From an uncultured cyanobacterium (lineage in GTDB: Bacteria; Acidobacteriota; Vicinamibacteria; Vicinamibacterales; UBA2999): a DNA stretch of 64,000 bases. This document shows positions 11,580 through 20,446 of the stretch, one piece after another. The number at the start of each line of letters is the position of its first letter. Position 1 is the first letter of the stretch. Location: positions 96,907 to 160,906 of the forward strand of contig CAWHWW010000021.1 in assembly GCA_963833135.1 (NCBI GenBank). Direction: 5' to 3'. The position numbers and the translations under genes are program-made. Below the pieces are notes generated by a model. It saw nothing but the letters and a program-made list of their open reading frames with translations. It was not told the origin of the DNA and searched no databases.

Positions 11580-12023
11580 GACTTGGCGTCCACTGTGAAA
11601 CAGCTGGCTCACCAGCACCGATCCGTCCACGCAGATCAGGAATTCGATGGCGCGGAGTTGGGTCACGACGAGCTCACGGATTTCGGCGACGTGCCCGGCC
11701 TTCGTGAAGCGGTGCAGCACCCTCATGGGTGGTGACGGATTGATCGTGCGGCTCTTGAGGGGATTGACGGAAGGCATGGGTGGGATCACCGCATCGTCGC
11801 GCCGGGGATGCCGCCGGCCATCGAGAGGCCTATTCGCTGAGCCGCTGCCACCCCGATCAACGCACCGATTAATGCCCTTGCGATGAACATATCGACTCCG
11901 TTTCGGGACAGAATCGTATGTGGCCGTCGCACGCGAAAGCAAAATGAAAAAGTGACAGGTTTGCGGCCGCGACATTGCCAGATCAGCTTCGGGCTGCCGC
12001 AGGCAGGATGAAGGCGAATCGAG

Positions 12024-12098
12024 TGGTACCGCTACGGGGATTCGAACCCCGGTATCCTGACTGAGAATCAGGTGTCCTGACCCCTAGACGATAGCGGC
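12024..12098 (-). tRNA. tRNA-Glu (anticodon CUC)
   Basis: Hand-folded 75-nt cloverleaf on the minus strand: acceptor GCCGCUA/UAGCGGU, D-arm GUCUAGGGGUCAGGAC, anticodon stem CCUGA/UCAGG with loop UUCUCAG, T-arm CGGGG-UUCGAAU-CCCCG, encoded CCA. Confidence 0.9.
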
Positions 12099-12157
12099 AC
12101 TAGGGACTACGAACCGTGAATTATATCAAAGGTTCCAGAACCTGAAATAATAGCGGG

Positions 12158-12910
12158 ATGCGTTCGCTTGGATTTGTGGCTTCTACGGTGTTTCTGGCGA
12201 TTTCACTGGCATGCGGCAGTGAGGTCCCGCCGCCCGCGGCCCCGGCCGGACCGTCGGTCGATCCCGCCACCGCGGGAACTGTCACCGCTATCGTGAAGTT
12301 CGAAGGCCAGCCGCCCTCACCGGGGATGCTCACCTTGACCGGCGATCCGAAGTGCGTCAGCGAAAACGGCGGGCCCCGGCGCGCGGAAGAGCAGGTCGTG
12401 GTTGGCGAGAATCAGTCGCTGCAGAACGTCTTCGTCTACGTGAAGGATGGCCTGGGCAGTTTCGGATTTCCGATTCCGTCCGAGCCGGTCGTCCTCGATC
12501 AGGACAAGTGCCGCTACACGCCGCGCGTCCTCGGCGTGCGGGTCGGACAGGCGCTGCAGGTTCGCAACAGTGACCCGCTGCTTCACAACGTGCGATCGAA
12601 CGGCGTCATCAACCAGGCCTTCAACAAGTCGACGCCGATCGAAGGCGTGAGCTTCAATCACACGTTTGCGACCACGGAAGTCATGGTGCCCTTCAAGTGC
12701 GACGTCCATGGCTGGATGAGCGCCTACGTCGGCGTCCTCGATCATCCGTACTTCGGCACGACGGCGCCGGATGGAAAAGTTGTCCTCGGAAATCTTCCCC
12801 CTGGTACCTACGCCATCGAAGCCTGGCACGAAGCGCTCGGCACCCGGACCCAACAAGTGACAATTGCAGCGAAAGAATCCAAGGATGTCACCTTCTCGTT
12901 CGCACGCTGA
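12158..12910 (+). CDS. secreted cupredoxin-like copper-binding protein with carboxypeptidase-regulatory-like C-terminal domain
   Basis: Intact ORF. Signal peptide ending 'AISLAC'. Type-1-copper-like ligand pattern 'LLHNV ... FKCDVHGWM'. Lies directly upstream of the haem O synthase gene. Confidence 0.65.
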   Translation: MRSLGFVASTVFLAISLACGSEVPPPAAPAGPSVDPATAGTVTAIVKFEGQPPSPGMLTLTGDPKCVSENGGPRRAEEQVVVGENQSLQNVFVYVKDGLGSFGFPIPSEPVVLDQDKCRYTPRVLGVRVGQALQVRNSDPLLHNVRSNGVINQAFNKSTPIEGVSFNHTFATTEVMVPFKCDVHGWMSAYVGVLDHPYFGTTAPDGKVVLGNLPPGTYAIEAWHEALGTRTQQVTIAAKESKDVTFSFAR

Positions 12911-13799
12911 CGCCACTCCGGCCGTGACCGCGCGATCGTATTCGCGCGGTGGCGACTTCGTCACGCTGATGAAGCCGCGCCTCAACTTCCTCGTCCTGTT
13001 GACGACCGCGGCGGCGTATTCGCTGGGGGCCGGGCCCAATTCCACGCTCATCGATCTGGTACACACGCTGCTCGGCACGTTCCTCGTCGCCGGCGGCGCG
13101 GCCGCGCTCAACCAGGTGTGGGAGCGGCAGACGGATCGGCTGATGCGCCGCACCCGGACGCGCCCGCTGGCCGACATGCGCATGACGGCGGCGCAGGGCG
13201 CGATCTTCGGGCTCCTGCTGACAATGGCCGGCGCCGCTGAGCTCGCCTACTTCATCAATCCGCTCTCGGCGATCGTCGCGCTGCTGACGACGGCGAGTTA
13301 CCTTCTTTTCTACACGCCGCTGAAGCTGCGCACGTCGCTCTCGACGATCGCCGGCGCGTTGCCGGGTGCGCTGCCGGCGGTGATCGGTTGGGCGGCCGCC
13401 ACCAACACGCTGTCGCTCGAGGGCTGGGTGCTCTTCGGCATCGTCTTCATGTGGCAGATGCCGCACTTCCTTGCGATCGCGTGGATATATCGCGATGAGT
13501 ATGCGGGGGCCGGGATGCCGCTGCTGCCGGTGATCGAGCCGGATGGGCGATCGACCGGTCGCCAGGCCGTCCTCTACACGGCGGCCTTGATTCCGCTGAG
13601 CATGATGCCGACCGGGATCGGACTGGCCACGGCGCGATACCTCGTTGGCGCGATCGCGCTGGGCGCGGTGCTGATGTTTCTGAGCGTCGAGTTCTCCGCG
13701 AAGCGCGACCTGCCCACTGCCCGCCGGCTGTTCTTCGGGTCGATCGTGTATCTCCCGATCCTCTGGGCGCTGCTCGTGTTCGACCATCGCGCGCGATGA
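12864..13799 (+). CDS. ctaB: protohaem IX farnesyltransferase (haem O synthase)
   Basis: Intact ORF; UbiA-family motifs 'ALNQVWERQTDRLMRRTRTRPL' and 'MWQMPHFLAIAWIYRDEY'. The true start may be the internal ATG at 12885. Confidence 0.9.
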   Translation: MQRKNPRMSPSRSHADATPAVTARSYSRGGDFVTLMKPRLNFLVLLTTAAAYSLGAGPNSTLIDLVHTLLGTFLVAGGAAALNQVWERQTDRLMRRTRTRPLADMRMTAAQGAIFGLLLTMAGAAELAYFINPLSAIVALLTTASYLLFYTPLKLRTSLSTIAGALPGALPAVIGWAAATNTLSLEGWVLFGIVFMWQMPHFLAIAWIYRDEYAGAGMPLLPVIEPDGRSTGRQAVLYTAALIPLSMMPTGIGLATARYLVGAIALGAVLMFLSVEFSAKRDLPTARRLFFGSIVYLPILWALLVFDHRAR

Positions 13800-14209
13800 G
13801 CGTCACCGATCTCCCTGCGCTCAACGCGACGCTCAACGCTGTTTCGACCGCCCTCCTCATCACCGGCTACGCGTTCATCCGGCGGGGCGACCGCCGCAGA
13901 CACAAGGCGTGCATGATCGCGGCGCTGATCGTGTCGGCGCTGTTCCTGACGTCGTATGTGATCTATCACGCCCAGGTCGGCTCGGTGCCGTTCAAACGAA
14001 CCGGATGGATCCGGACGGCCTACTTCGCCGTCCTCATCCCGCACGTGATCCTCGCGGCCGCGATCGTCCCGCCGATCCTGATCACGGCGTCGCGCGGGCT
14101 GTCCGCGAAGTACGACAAGCACCGCCGCATCGCACGGTGGACGTTGCCTTTGTGGCTGTATGTGTCGGTCACGGGCGTCATCGTCTACTTGATGCTCTAT
14201 CAGATGTAG
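13796..14209 (+). CDS. DUF420-family membrane protein (cytochrome oxidase associated)
   Basis: Intact ORF of 137 aa with 4 TM helices; its start overlaps the ctaB stop (ATGA). Family assignment is from sequence recall. Confidence 0.75.
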   Translation: MSVTDLPALNATLNAVSTALLITGYAFIRRGDRRRHKACMIAALIVSALFLTSYVIYHAQVGSVPFKRTGWIRTAYFAVLIPHVILAAAIVPPILITASRGLSAKYDKHRRIARWTLPLWLYVSVTGVIVYLMLYQM

Positions 14210-14211
14210 AG

Positions 14212-14262
14212 GGGCTTACGGGCTTACGGGCTACGGGCTTGCGGGCTACGGGCTTGCGGGGG
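14212..14262. repeat. word-repeat array (GGGCTTACG / GGGCTACG / GGGCTTGCG)
   Basis: Six contiguous variant 8-9-mers fill the gap between the convergent stops at 14209 and 14265. The complementary words occur at 30060-30096. Confidence 0.9.
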
Positions 14263-14264
14263 CC

Positions 14265-16718
14265 TTACCTGTAGAGCAGATACTTCGCTCGCAGCCGGCG
14301 CCAGCGGGCTTCGTCCGCACTCCAACGCGCCGCCACCGCCGCGGGATCTTCCCCGCGCTTGACGCGTTCCAACGGATCCGCCGTCCCAAACAATCGCCAC
14401 GTCGTCGAGAAATCGTACTTCTCCCCGAACATCGACGAGAGCGCCGCCGCGATCTCGAGTCCGACGCGCACGGGCGGCAGCGAGGCTCGACTCGTGATCA
14501 CCATGAACACGCCCTGGCATTCTTCGTTCGCGTACTTGCTCGACTTCGGCGTGAAGGTGATCGGATAGAAGCGAATGCCCGGCAGCTTCCTCGCGTTGAG
14601 CGCAGCCGAGAGCCGCGGCCCGTCGATCCACGGCGCGCCGAAGTGTTCGAACGGCTGATCGGTGCCGCGGCCGACCGAGACGTTCGAGTACTCGATCGCG
14701 CCGATGCCCGGATAGAGCGTCGCCTGGTTGAGGTTGCGCATGTTCGGCGAGGGATTGATCCACGCCAGGCCGGTATCGTCGTACCAATAATCGCGCTTCC
14801 AGTTTTCCATGCCGATCACCGTCAAGTCCGCATTGATCTTCCGCTCGTCGTTGTACAACCTCGCCAGCTCGCCCATCGTCATACCGTGCCGGACCGGCAT
14901 CGGCATGTAGCCGATGAACGTGTTCGGCGATTCTCCCGGACCAGGCTCGCGCGACAGCGGCCCTTCGATCTGCCAGCCGTTAATCGGATTCGGACGATCG
15001 AGCACGACCACCGCGAGACGCCGCTTCGCGGCTTCTTCCATCGCGTAGCCCATCGCGAGCTGGTAGGTGTAGAAGCGGACGCCGACGTCCTGGAGGTCGA
15101 TTACCAGCGCGTCGATGCCGTCGAGAGAACCTTCACGCGGCCGGCCGGTGCCGCCCTTGTAGAACAGCGAGTGGATCGGCAGACCGGTACGGGCGTCCTT
15201 TTCGGCCGGGACATCCGCATCGAGCACGCCGCGGATCCCGTGCTCGGGACTGAAGAGCGACACGAGTGTCACGCCCGGCGCCGAGTGCAACAGATCGATC
15301 GTCGATTGTCCTTCTCTCGATCGGCCGGTATGGTTGGTGATCAATCCGATTTTTTTGCCGCGAAGCTGCTTGAATCCATCGCGCGCGAGGACATCGATTC
15401 CGGCAAGGACGGGTGGTGTCGGGCTTGAGCCGGATTGGAGCCTGGCAGCGGGATCAATCTGCCTAAAGGCAGACACCACCCGCGCGCCATCTGATGTCAA
15501 AGCCGCTGCCGCCACCGTCGCGATCCTGCTGCGTAACACCCCGACGTCGCCCGTGCCGTCTGGATGCAGGCGACTCGATAAGAAGATCACGTACGAGTTC
15601 GACGCCGGATCGATCCACAAGCTCGTTCCGGTGAATCCCGTATGGCCGTACGACGTCCCCGCCGGAAACAGGTCGCCGCGGTTGCTCGAATACGACGTGT
15701 CGATATCCCAGCCAAGACCACGAACGCTCGTCATGCCCGCGGGGGTTTGCGGCGACGTCATGGCCGTCACCGTTGCCGCCGACAGCACACGCAGTCCTCC
15801 TTCGCGCGATGCGCTTCGGAGGACAGGGGTTCCGAGCCGGCCTCTCCCCAGCAGCATTTGCGCGAATCGCTGGAGATCGCGCGCGGTGCTGAAGAGGCCT
15901 GCATGACCGGCGATGCCGCCCATTCGCCGCGCGGTTGGATCGTGAACGACGCCACGTAGCGGCATCGCATCGGGGCGCTTGCAGGGCCATGCGTCCTGCT
16001 CCGCGCATCGCTCGGTCGGCGCGATCCGCGGCAGCAAGGACTTCGGTGGCAGGAACCCGGTCTCCGTCATGCCGAGCGGCTCGAAGACGCGCGCTTTCAG
16101 ATACGCATCGAGCGTCTGGCCGGTGATGCGCTGGACGATGTCACCGAGCAGAAAGAAGTTGATGTCGCTGTAGACGAATGCCTCGCCGGGAGCGGATGCC
16201 GGCACTTCATCCTTCGCGAGCTCGATTGCCGCGTCGTAACCGGTCCACGGATGCAGATCGACATCGGGTCGTAACCCTGAGACATGGGTCAATAAATGGC
16301 GAACCTGGATGCCGCCTTTTCCGTAACGCTCGAACCCCGGGATGTGTGATGCGACCGCGTCGTTGAGACGCAGCCGCCCCTCCTCGACAAGCGTCATTAC
16401 TGCGGTGGTCGTCGCGACCACCTTGGTCAGCGAAGCGAGATCGAAGACCGTATCAAGAGTCATCGGCTCTTCCGCGGGCACCGTGGCGCGCAAGCCGAAC
16501 GCCTTCTCATAAACCGTTTGATCGCCGCGTCCGACGACGACAACCGCGCCGGGGGTGAGCCTGGCCGCCATCGCTTCCCGAACGAGCTCGTCGATTCGAT
16601 TGAACTGCGGGTTGGCTTGGCGCGCAATTGCGGGAATCTGGCCTGGAAGAGCGAAAACAAGAATTCCCCAAGCCGCAAGTCCCAAGCCCCAAGACCCTGG
16701 TTTTGGCGTCAATCGCAT
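14265..16718 (-). CDS. serine hydrolase (beta-lactamase family) fused to a DUF1343 / NamZ-like exo-muramidase domain
   Basis: Intact ORF 14265..16817. Likely start is the ATG at 16718 ('MRLTPKPGSWGLGLAAWGILVFAL', a signal-anchor). SxxK motif 'ASLTKVV'. C-terminal half is DUF1343-like: 'GLITNHTGR..SLFSPEHG..VIDLQDVGVRFYTY'. Confidence 0.8.
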   Translation of the reverse strand: MRLTPKPGSWGLGLAAWGILVFALPGQIPAIARQANPQFNRIDELVREAMAARLTPGAVVVVGRGDQTVYEKAFGLRATVPAEEPMTLDTVFDLASLTKVVATTTAVMTLVEEGRLRLNDAVASHIPGFERYGKGGIQVRHLLTHVSGLRPDVDLHPWTGYDAAIELAKDEVPASAPGEAFVYSDINFFLLGDIVQRITGQTLDAYLKARVFEPLGMTETGFLPPKSLLPRIAPTERCAEQDAWPCKRPDAMPLRGVVHDPTARRMGGIAGHAGLFSTARDLQRFAQMLLGRGRLGTPVLRSASREGGLRVLSAATVTAMTSPQTPAGMTSVRGLGWDIDTSYSSNRGDLFPAGTSYGHTGFTGTSLWIDPASNSYVIFLSSRLHPDGTGDVGVLRSRIATVAAAALTSDGARVVSAFRQIDPAARLQSGSSPTPPVLAGIDVLARDGFKQLRGKKIGLITNHTGRSREGQSTIDLLHSAPGVTLVSLFSPEHGIRGVLDADVPAEKDARTGLPIHSLFYKGGTGRPREGSLDGIDALVIDLQDVGVRFYTYQLAMGYAMEEAAKRRLAVVVLDRPNPINGWQIEGPLSREPGPGESPNTFIGYMPMPVRHGMTMGELARLYNDERKINADLTVIGMENWKRDYWYDDTGLAWINPSPNMRNLNQATLYPGIGAIEYSNVSVGRGTDQPFEHFGAPWIDGPRLSAALNARKLPGIRFYPITFTPKSSKYANEECQGVFMVITSRASLPPVRVGLEIAAALSSMFGEKYDFSTTWRLFGTADPLERVKRGEDPAAVAARWSADEARWRRLRAKYLLYR
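16667..16696. repeat. 30-nt word element (CCCCAAGCC type), left partner of an inverted pair
   Basis: Its reverse complement matches 19961-19990 at 29 of 30 positions. It lies inside codons ~8-17 of the hydrolase-NamZ gene. Confidence 0.9.
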
Positions 16719-16768
16719 GAGGCTAATATACTGAGTCGGTTGTGGTTCCATTAAGGGAGATACAGGCA

Positions 16769-17722
16769 ATGCGTGATTCGAAGACGTTCCTTTCGGCGGT
16801 GGCGCTCGTCGCCGCATTGGTCGTGTCGGCGCTGCCGGCGGCGGCCCAGACCGGCCGTATCGGCGGGCAGGTCAAGGACGCCCAGAGTGGCCAGCCGCTC
16901 AAGGGCGCCACGATTACGGCTGAAAACCCGCAGGCGTCGCCTTCGTCGTTTACCGCGACGACCGACGACAAGGGCCGTTACTCGATCATCGGCCTCAAGA
17001 CCGGCACGTGGAAGGTGACCGCGGTCGCCCCCGGCTTCCAGGCCTCGTCGGGCCAGGTGCCGGTCCGCAGCCTCGGCGCCCCGATGCCTCCGGTCGACTT
17101 CGCGCTGGCCGCCGGCGCTTCAGGTCCCACCGGCGCGCTTGCCGGTGTCAACACCAAGGAGCTCCAGGGCGAACTGCAGAAGGCCATCGACATGGCGAAC
17201 TCGGGCCAGCTCGATGCGGCGATCACGGCGTACGAAACGATCCTGGCCAAGACGCCGGCACTCACGATGATCCACGGGCAGATCGCCCAGGTGAAGCGCC
17301 TGAAGAAGGACTACGACGGCGCCATCGCTTCGTACCAGAAAGTGCTCGCCGCCGATCCGAACAACGACAAGGCGAAGATCGAAATCGGCATGACCTACCT
17401 CGAGAAAGGCGACTTCGCGAACGCCGAAAAGTCGCTGCTCGAAGTGGCGTCCTCGGTCAACGCGAGCCGCGAGGTGTTCTACAACCTCGGCGAAGTGAAG
17501 TTCGCGAAGGGCGAGACCGACGAGGCCGTGAAGTACTACGAGCGCGCCGCGCAGATGGACGCGGCGTGGGCCAAGCCGCTCTTCAAGCTCGGTCTCGCGA
17601 AGCTGCAGAAGGCCGACACCGCCGGCGCGATCGAATACATGAACAAGGTGATCGCCGCCGAACCGAACTCCGCTGAAGCCGCGCAGGCCAAGGCGTTGAT
17701 CGAGCAGCTGAAGAAAGGGTAG
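16769..17722 (+). CDS. secreted carboxypeptidase-regulatory-like plus TPR repeat protein
   Basis: Track ORF 16742..17722. ATG at 16769 is preceded by 'aagggaga'. Signal peptide 'ALVVSALPAAAQ'; the C-terminal half has TPR-like repeats. Confidence 0.75.
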   Translation: MRDSKTFLSAVALVAALVVSALPAAAQTGRIGGQVKDAQSGQPLKGATITAENPQASPSSFTATTDDKGRYSIIGLKTGTWKVTAVAPGFQASSGQVPVRSLGAPMPPVDFALAAGASGPTGALAGVNTKELQGELQKAIDMANSGQLDAAITAYETILAKTPALTMIHGQIAQVKRLKKDYDGAIASYQKVLAADPNNDKAKIEIGMTYLEKGDFANAEKSLLEVASSVNASREVFYNLGEVKFAKGETDEAVKYYERAAQMDAAWAKPLFKLGLAKLQKADTAGAIEYMNKVIAAEPNSAEAAQAKALIEQLKKG

Positions 17723-17798
17723 TAGCCAGATGCCAGTAGCCGGTAGCCAGAAAGACAAGAGCTCTTCTGGCTACTGGCTACTGGCTTCTGGCTACTGG
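17722..17798. repeat. word-repeat palindrome (GCCAGTAGC words); putative bidirectional terminator hairpin
   Basis: Left arm 17722-17752 and right arm 17765-17798 are complementary. Together they fill the whole gap between the convergent stops at 17722 and 17799. Confidence 0.85.
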
Positions 17799-20069
17799 TT
17801 ACTTCCGTTTTTCCGCCTCCGCAATGAGCTGATTGATGTTCGGGTAAGAAGGCTCGATCGATCGGGCCTTCTTCCACATCTCCAGCGCCTCGGGAAACTT
17901 TCCTTCCCTCGCCAGCAGCACGCCCTTCACGACCCACGGAAACGCGTAATTCGGCTCGACGGCGGTCGCCTTGTTCAAGGCATCGCGCGCGACGACGGTG
18001 TTGCCGCGCTCGGCTTCGAGCCAGCCCTTGGCGGCGTGATTCGAGGCCGCGTCCGGGAACATGTCGAGACTGACGATGTACTCGTCCTGCGCCTTCTTCA
18101 GCACCTCGCCTGCCTGTCCAGGCAATTCGACGATGCCGAAACTCACGAGCACCTCGGCTGCCTTGACGCGCACGACGCGGGCTTCGTCGCCGAGTCGCGC
18201 CACGATGGGCATGAGCGATCGTTCCCTGTCGCCGATCGATCCGAGAGACGCGATCGCGGAGGCGCGGACCGCGGGCTCGGGGTCAGACGCGGCGCCAATG
18301 AGAGCGTTCACGATGGCCGGGGTCACTTCTGGGGCCGTTCGACGGACGTTCTCCGATCGTTCTACGGTCGTTCTACGATCGTCGGTTCCAGGCGCAGTCG
18401 GCCGTAGAACGTTCGTAGAACCTGTCGTAGAACCATCGTCGAACGACGTCTGTGTTGGCGAACTGGCGCTCGTCGTGCCGCCAGAGCGCCATTCAGAAAC
18501 CAGCCGTCCAATGTAGTCAGCGGCGCTCGCGCGAACCAGGAAGCCCTGCGATCGATCGACCGCCAGCTTCGCCAGCGCCGGGCAGCGTCGTCGCATCGCC
18601 CGAACCGGCGCGATACATGGTGTCGGCGAGCGACACCGCCTGCGCGCGGCGTTCGCCGTCGCCCCACCACGCCGTCATCTGCTTCGCCGCCCACTCGGGC
18701 GTTCGATCGTCGTGACAGGTCGTGCACGCGTTCGGGATACCGAACTGCGCGGTGTTCTCCGGCACCGGCGGCTGGAACGTGTGATCGCGACGGCGAATCA
18801 GCAGCCGCCAGTTCACGTCGCTCATGTGGCAGCCGATGCAGCGCGATCCGGCAGAGTCGGGGGCATGAAACGTGTGGGCTTCCAAGCCGGCGCCAGTAAA
18901 CGACGGCTTGAGGTTCGCCGGGTTCCCGGTTCCCGGTTCCCGGCACGTCGGCGCCGAGTGGCATTGCGTGCAGAGCCCGTCGCCGTTGCGGCCCTGGTTG
19001 ATGTTCACCTTCAGCGAGAACTCGTTGCGCGATCCGTGAGCGACGTGGCAGTTCGTGCATGCGATCGCGCCGGCCTTGAAGCAGCCGCTGAGCGTCAACG
19101 CCTGCGGGCGGTTGAAGCGATTCGGGCGGCCGTCGGGCCAGAATTCGCCCTGCAGATCGTTCTCGGGAAGCGGATCGCTGATGAGGAACGGCGTCGCGTA
19201 ATCAGAATAGTGATCGCCGCCCTTGAAGCCGACGAAAACGTTGCGCTTGTTGCCGTGGCAGTAGGCGCAGGTGTCGTAGATCCGCCGCGGCTGCGAGCTC
19301 TTCACCGACAAGATCTTGAGGATGTCGCTCAGCTGGCGGTTCTTCGAGCTGTTGTCGTACTTCGGCTTCGATGCCGGATCCTTCTCCCACGCGTCCATCA
19401 ACGCAACATGCTGGCGGCCAGGCCCATGACACGCTTCGCAGCCGATGCCCATCTCGCGTCCACGTCGACTTGTACTTTCTCTCGGCGACGTCGTAGCCCT
19501 GGACGAGGTTGGTGCCGTGGCAGTTGAAACAGTTGGAATTCCAGATCTGACGGAACTGGTGCGCGCCTTCCGGTACCGACGTGATCTCCTTCCAGTCGAT
19601 CCAGCGCTTCGTGCCGACATGCCAGAACACCGGCAGCACGTAGATTCGTCCGTCGGGCAGCGTCGACAGATAGCCCTGATATCGCTTGGCACCGAGCGTG
19701 TAGTCGACGGTGAAGGTTTCCGGCGCGCGATCGCCGAAGGCAATCGACAACGGACGGCTTGCCGTCCTTCGTGCCGAACGTGTACGCGCGATCGTGATCG
19801 GCGAACTTCGTCCCTTCGCGGAAGTCACCAATCACGGTGGCTTCCGCGATCGGCTTGGTCATCTTGATGTGCAGCGAGTTCTTCCACTGCGTGTGCTCGA
19901 CGTCGTGACACTTCGCGCAGGCGGCGGATCCCAGATACTCGCTGTTAACCTGCGTGGGAAGGTCTTGGGGCTTGGGACTTGGGGCTTGGGACTGCTCGTT
20001 GGCGCGGACGGCCAGCGTCAGCAGCAAGAGCAAGAGCGCCGCGCTTACCAGGCTCGCACCGCGGGTCAT
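17799..20069 (-). CDS. octahaem c-type cytochrome fused to HEAT/TPR repeats (frameshifted as sequenced)
   Basis: Colinear pieces are ORFs 19398..20132, 19202..19831, 18517..19743 and 17799..18596. Eight CxxCH motifs: CAKCH, CFNCH, CEACH, CAYCH, CTNCH, CTQCH, CIGCH, CTTCH. Best start is the ATG at 20069 ('MTRGASLVSAALLLLLLTLAVRA'). Confidence 0.8.
18336..18448. repeat. word-repeat palindrome (CGTTCTACG words) inside a coding region
   Basis: Arms 18336-18385 and 18399-18448 are imperfectly complementary. The element is read in frame as the linker 'SSPTQTSFDDGSTTGSTNVLRPTAPGTDDRRTTVERSENVRR' of ORF 17799..18596. Confidence 0.85.
19961..19990. repeat. 30-nt word element (GGGGCTTGG type), right partner of an inverted pair
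   Basis: 'ggtcttggggcttgggacttggggcttggg'. Encodes 'SQAPSPKPQDLP' just after the cytochrome signal peptide. Confidence 0.9.
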
Positions 20070-20071
20070 CA

Positions 20072-20088
20072 GGTGGATATTATCCACC
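20072..20088. promoter_or_regulatory. perfect 8+1+8 palindrome GGTGGATA-T-TATCCACC, 2 nt upstream of the cytochrome ATG
   Basis: Seen directly in the sequence. The AT-rich centre is unusual in this GC-rich context. It could be an operator or a translation-masking hairpin. Confidence 0.3.
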
Positions 20089-20146
20089 TTCGCTCGCGTG
20101 CGTTCCTTCGAGCTTCGGTGGATTGCCCGCATGAGCCTTTCGCGGG

Positions 20147-20177
20147 CAAAAATAAAGGGGCCCTAATCCTGGGCCCC
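20147..20177 (-). terminator. rho-independent terminator (minus strand)
   Basis: Minus strand reads GGGGCCC-AGGATTA-GGGCCCC followed by TTTATTTTT. Confidence 0.7.
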
Positions 20178-20446
20178 TCGAGCCAGCGGCCTAGTCAGCC
20201 TGGCTCAAAACTTCCACCTTCGCCTAACGAGTGGGCTACGGTGGACAGGTAAGTTGACTCCTGTGGGGTCAGTCCCCCAACACCAATCGGCTTCGGCGGG
20301 ACAAGCCAACTTCTCGTCTCTCTACGAGCAAGCGACGTGCCGGAATTGCACAGGGAAATACGGCTGCGGTTTTGGCCCGTTTTCAATTGTCCGATCTCAC
20401 AGACGCTGGGAATCCAATCGGTTGAAAACGGGGACTTCGGATTCTT
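20178..20446 (-). ncRNA. candidate structured leader or ncRNA of unknown family
   Basis: ~270 nt with no credible ORF. Contains an 11-bp perfect stem (CCCGTTTTCAA...TTGAAAACGGG) and several further local hairpins. Ends at the 20147-20177 terminator. Confidence 0.25.

Noticed and set aside
12121-12333. 70-aa minus-strand ORF between the tRNA and the cupredoxin gene.
   Set aside because: It is antisense to the signal-peptide region of the well-supported plus-strand gene. It has no motifs and no ribosome-binding site.
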